This document shows, piece by piece, positions 52,874 to 55,067 of a stretch of DNA of 55,067 bases (position 1 is the first letter of the stretch; every line of letters starts with the position of its first letter). The notes under the pieces were generated by a model. That model was not told where the DNA came from. It did no database searches and saw only the letters and a list, made by a program, of their open reading frames with translations. A program made the position numbers and the translations under genes. The stretch is from NCBI GenBank assembly GCA_021804095.1, contig JAJZKQ010000002.1, forward strand, positions 1-55,067, in the 5' to 3' direction. The DNA is from Candidatus Micrarchaeota archaeon. Lineage in GTDB: Archaea > Micrarchaeota > Micrarchaeia > Micrarchaeales > CABMGC01.

Positions 52874-53560
52874 ATGTTACTGAAAGTTATTATTGTTGAC
52901 CCTAAGTATCAATTGAATGTGGGTTACATAGCCAGGGTTTCGGAGAATTTCGGGGTGGAGAGGCTCGTTTTCGTAAAGCCGAGGGCGAATATACTGGGGA
53001 AGAAAGCAATAATGTTCTCAAAGCATGGTGTTGGTCTCCTCAGAAATGCCAATATAGTCGAATCGCTGGATAGAGCAGTTGAAGATTGTGATATGGTAGT
53101 GGGAACTTCAGGCATATGGCGCATCGGAGAAAGACTCAATGAAAAAGAGTATCTTCTTGAAGAAGCGGTAAAGAAGATAGGATCGTTTAAGGATAAGGAC
53201 AGAGTAATAGGCTTGCTCATAGGCAGGGATGACAAAGGACTGAACAGGGATGAACTTGAGAAATGCGACATGTTGGTGCATATACCTGCAAATCCAGAAT
53301 ATCCTGTGCTTAACATATCACATGCTCTTGCTATAATGCTATACTCGTTTAGGAAGGAGAGATCTGAAAACTACGGACATATAGGAGCTGAGAGGCCTAC
53401 AGCTGAAGAGATAAAAAGGCTCAATATTGCCTTTGAAGAGATAATAAAGAAAAAAAGAATAAGGAATAGAAAAGCCGTCAGAAATATATTTGCAAAGATG
53501 ATAAGGAGGGCACGCCTTAACAGAAGCGAGCTTCATGCAGTGATAACTGCATTTAAGTAA
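52874..53560 (+). CDS. SpoU/TrmH-family RNA 2'-O-methyltransferase (TrmJ-like)
   Basis: The sequence is VIIVDPKYQLNVGYIARVSENFGVERLVFV...VGTSG...LLIGRDDKGLNRDELEKCDMLVHIPANPEYPVLNISHALAIMLY, showing SPOUT motifs 1-3. I prefer the ATG at 52874; the track start at 52793 adds an implausible N-terminus. Confidence 0.75.
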   Translation: MLLKVIIVDPKYQLNVGYIARVSENFGVERLVFVKPRANILGKKAIMFSKHGVGLLRNANIVESLDRAVEDCDMVVGTSGIWRIGERLNEKEYLLEEAVKKIGSFKDKDRVIGLLIGRDDKGLNRDELEKCDMLVHIPANPEYPVLNISHALAIMLYSFRKERSENYGHIGAERPTAEEIKRLNIAFEEIIKKKRIRNRKAVRNIFAKMIRRARLNRSELHAVITAFK

Positions 53561-53561
53561 C

Positions 53562-53936
53562 TCACTTGCTGCCCGGCTTCTTGCCTTTTATTATCTTGAC
53601 TTTTGTAGGAGTTATCAATACCCTGTTCTCATTTATCTGGCCGATATCTCCGTTTATCTTCTCTACGAATGTTTTGAGATTTCCTATTATGGTATTCCTT
53701 GTGTTAGGCCTCTTATTGAGTTCGCTTATATCTAGAAGAATTATATTCTTCTTGTTTATTTCCTGTTCTATGAGCTCAATGTCTCTCTCGCTTGTTATTG
53801 TAACTGGCTTTACATACATGTCTGCTGGCTCATGGAGAAGATCTACATCTTCCATCTCGGCCGAAGTCATGTACTCTTCTATATTCATACCTTTCTGCGA
53901 GCCAAAGCCCTGTCCCAGTTTGTCAAATATTCCCAT
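53562..53936 (-). CDS. sepF: Cell division protein SepF (archaeal, DUF552)
   Basis: It has an N-terminal amphipathic MGIFDKLGQGFG membrane-targeting helix. The core is YVKPVTITSERDIELIEQEINKKNIILLDISEL...IIGNLKTFVEKINGDIGQINENRVLITP. Confidence 0.8.
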   Translation of the reverse strand: MGIFDKLGQGFGSQKGMNIEEYMTSAEMEDVDLLHEPADMYVKPVTITSERDIELIEQEINKKNIILLDISELNKRPNTRNTIIGNLKTFVEKINGDIGQINENRVLITPTKVKIIKGKKPGSK

Positions 53937-54065
53937 TTATATCTCCTTATTTGCCGTTTTAGCGATTATAGATGGATAGATTAACTATTAAAAACTATCG
54001 GATAATAGGATTCCCATAGCTTCCCGTCGGCATATCTCCTTTTTCCTCTCTTTTTGTTGGTTTTT

Positions 54066-55067
54066 TCACTTCTTGAGATAGTAGCTTGCGCCTTCAAACG
54101 CAACCTCAGCAAGGTAAGAAGCGAATCCTTCTGCTTCTGCTGCATTTACGAGCATTTTGGGATTTTTATGTATTGCTATAGCCATGCCTCCGCCTCCGCC
54201 TCCGCTTAGCTTTGCGCCGTATGCCCCATTGCGCATGCATACCTCGACGGCACGGTCTAGCCCGTCACTTGATACGCCTAATTCTTTTAAGAGCATTTGG
54301 TCTTCATACATCAATCTGCCAACTTCAGGAAGATCTGATTTTTTTAGAGCTTCAAGCCCCTTTATGGAACACTTCTCTATCTCGTTGAGTATCTTCTCGG
54401 TCTTTTCTCTGTTCTCTTCGTATTGCTTCCTTACCGAGCCTACAGTTTCTGCAGTGCTTTTCTTGCTCCCCGTGTTTATAAGGACTATGCCCATGCTTGT
54501 TTTTACATCTTCATGCCTGCCGCCTTCAGCTGTGCTGACATATCCGCCGTAATAGGAAGTAGCCGTATCTATGCGTCCTGCCCCTTCTGAAATGTGAGCT
54601 ATGCGCTCCCCGTCTCTTGCAATGTCAAGCACTGTGGAGTCTTCCGGTGTTTTTTCCGAGAGTTTTAGAAGTGCAACTGTAAAAGCAGTAGAGCATGCGG
54701 CGCTGCTCGCCCCTCCGCTCTGCATTGGTATCTCCGAGGAGATTGTTATCTCATTTCCTAGTATATCAATGCCGAATTCTCCGATAAGCCTTGCGGCTAT
54801 AGTTGCGAATGGAAGTATCCTTTTGTCTATCCCGCTTACCGATGATATGTATTCGCCAATATCCTTTCTCCCTTTATATTTTTTGTACACCAGGGATAAT
54901 GTCCTTTTATCCAGTATTGAGGTGAAATCAGAAAAATTAGCCAGGATTATCTTCAGGTTCATGTCTTTTCTCTTCCTTACGGATACCTTTGCATACATGC
55001 TTATTGCAACAGCCACGGAGAGCTTGCCATATACTGCGGCGTGCTCTCCGAACAGCTTTATGACTCC
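54066..55067 (-). CDS. mvk: Mevalonate kinase (GHMP family), 5' end beyond the window
   Basis: The reading frame is open to the window edge. The upstream codons encode GVIKLFGEHAAVYGKLSVAVAI, which is MVK motif I. Motif II is IPMQSGGASSAACSTAF and motif III is KLSGGGGGGMAIAI. The GTG start at 55016 in the track is internal. Confidence 0.85.
   Translation of the reverse strand, partial: GVIKLFGEHAAVYGKLSVAVAISMYAKVSVRKRKDMNLKIILANFSDFTSILDKRTLSLVYKKYKGRKDIGEYISSVSGIDKRILPFATIAARLIGEFGIDILGNEITISSEIPMQSGGASSAACSTAFTVALLKLSEKTPEDSTVLDIARDGERIAHISEGAGRIDTATSYYGGYVSTAEGGRHEDVKTSMGIVLINTGSKKSTAETVGSVRKQYEENREKTEKILNEIEKCSIKGLEALKKSDLPEVGRLMYEDQMLLKELGVSSDGLDRAVEVCMRNGAYGAKLSGGGGGGMAIAIHKNPKMLVNAAEAEGFASYLAEVAFEGASYYLKK

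Noticed and set aside
1-55067. Search for CRISPR arrays, rRNA genes, intact integrases/transposases and recognisable multi-gene defence islands
   Set aside because: I saw no regularly spaced direct repeats and no rRNA-like sequence. Only degraded transposase and tnpB fragments are present. I recognised no cas, restriction-modification or other canonical defence gene signatures in any frame.

Overview
This is a low-GC archaeal chromosomal segment. The evidence is archaea-specific ribosomal proteins S19e, S24e, S27ae, L31e and L39e, plus aIF5A, aIF6, RFC small subunit, Alba, prefoldin alpha, an EndoQ-like PHP nuclease, class III signal peptide pilins, and an intron-containing tRNA-Tyr with a C1-G72 pair. 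The gene content and composition would fit a small-genome Thermoplasmata-like or DPANN/Micrarchaeota-like lineage, but taxonomy cannot be assigned from this sequence alone.

Most of the window is housekeeping: IleRS, LeuRS, a type IA topoisomerase, TrmI, an E1alpha/E1beta/E2 2-oxoacid dehydrogenase operon, FtsY, SepF, and a partial mevalonate kinase. A cell-envelope block sits at 0.6-8 kb, and a PadR/ABC/surface-protein operon sits at 40-44 kb.

There are four small accessory or decayed patches:
- an IS4/IS5-like transposase remnant at the left edge;
- a tnpB 3' relic plus a RelE-like/LRV gene pair at 17.4-19.3 kb;
- an AT-rich islet at 26.7-30.3 kb, where a 107-bp perfect direct repeat (two paralogous small membrane-protein genes) brackets a truncated NTP-transferase and a NUDIX gene;
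- two tandem IS200/IS605-type tnpB relics at 50.56-50.92 kb.

I found no CRISPR array, no rRNA and no intact mobile element.

The most unusual items are:
- a tandem (CDC48-like) AAA+ ATPase whose N-domain is replaced by about 340 aa of polytopic membrane domain;
- a 51-aa CxC-rich metallothionein-like ORF that fills an intergenic gap;
- a single-chain tandem Alba;
- a pilin gene pair sharing a 76-bp identical leader, one of them carrying a LamG-like domain;
- a conserved 32-nt hairpin-encoding tnpB tail present as an inverted pair 33 kb apart;
- a split in the conserved S19e...aIF6 / pfdA-ftsY cluster that implies a rearrangement of about 31 kb.

I cannot point to one clear-cut novel multi-gene system. 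The candidates are ranked by interest score in the findings.
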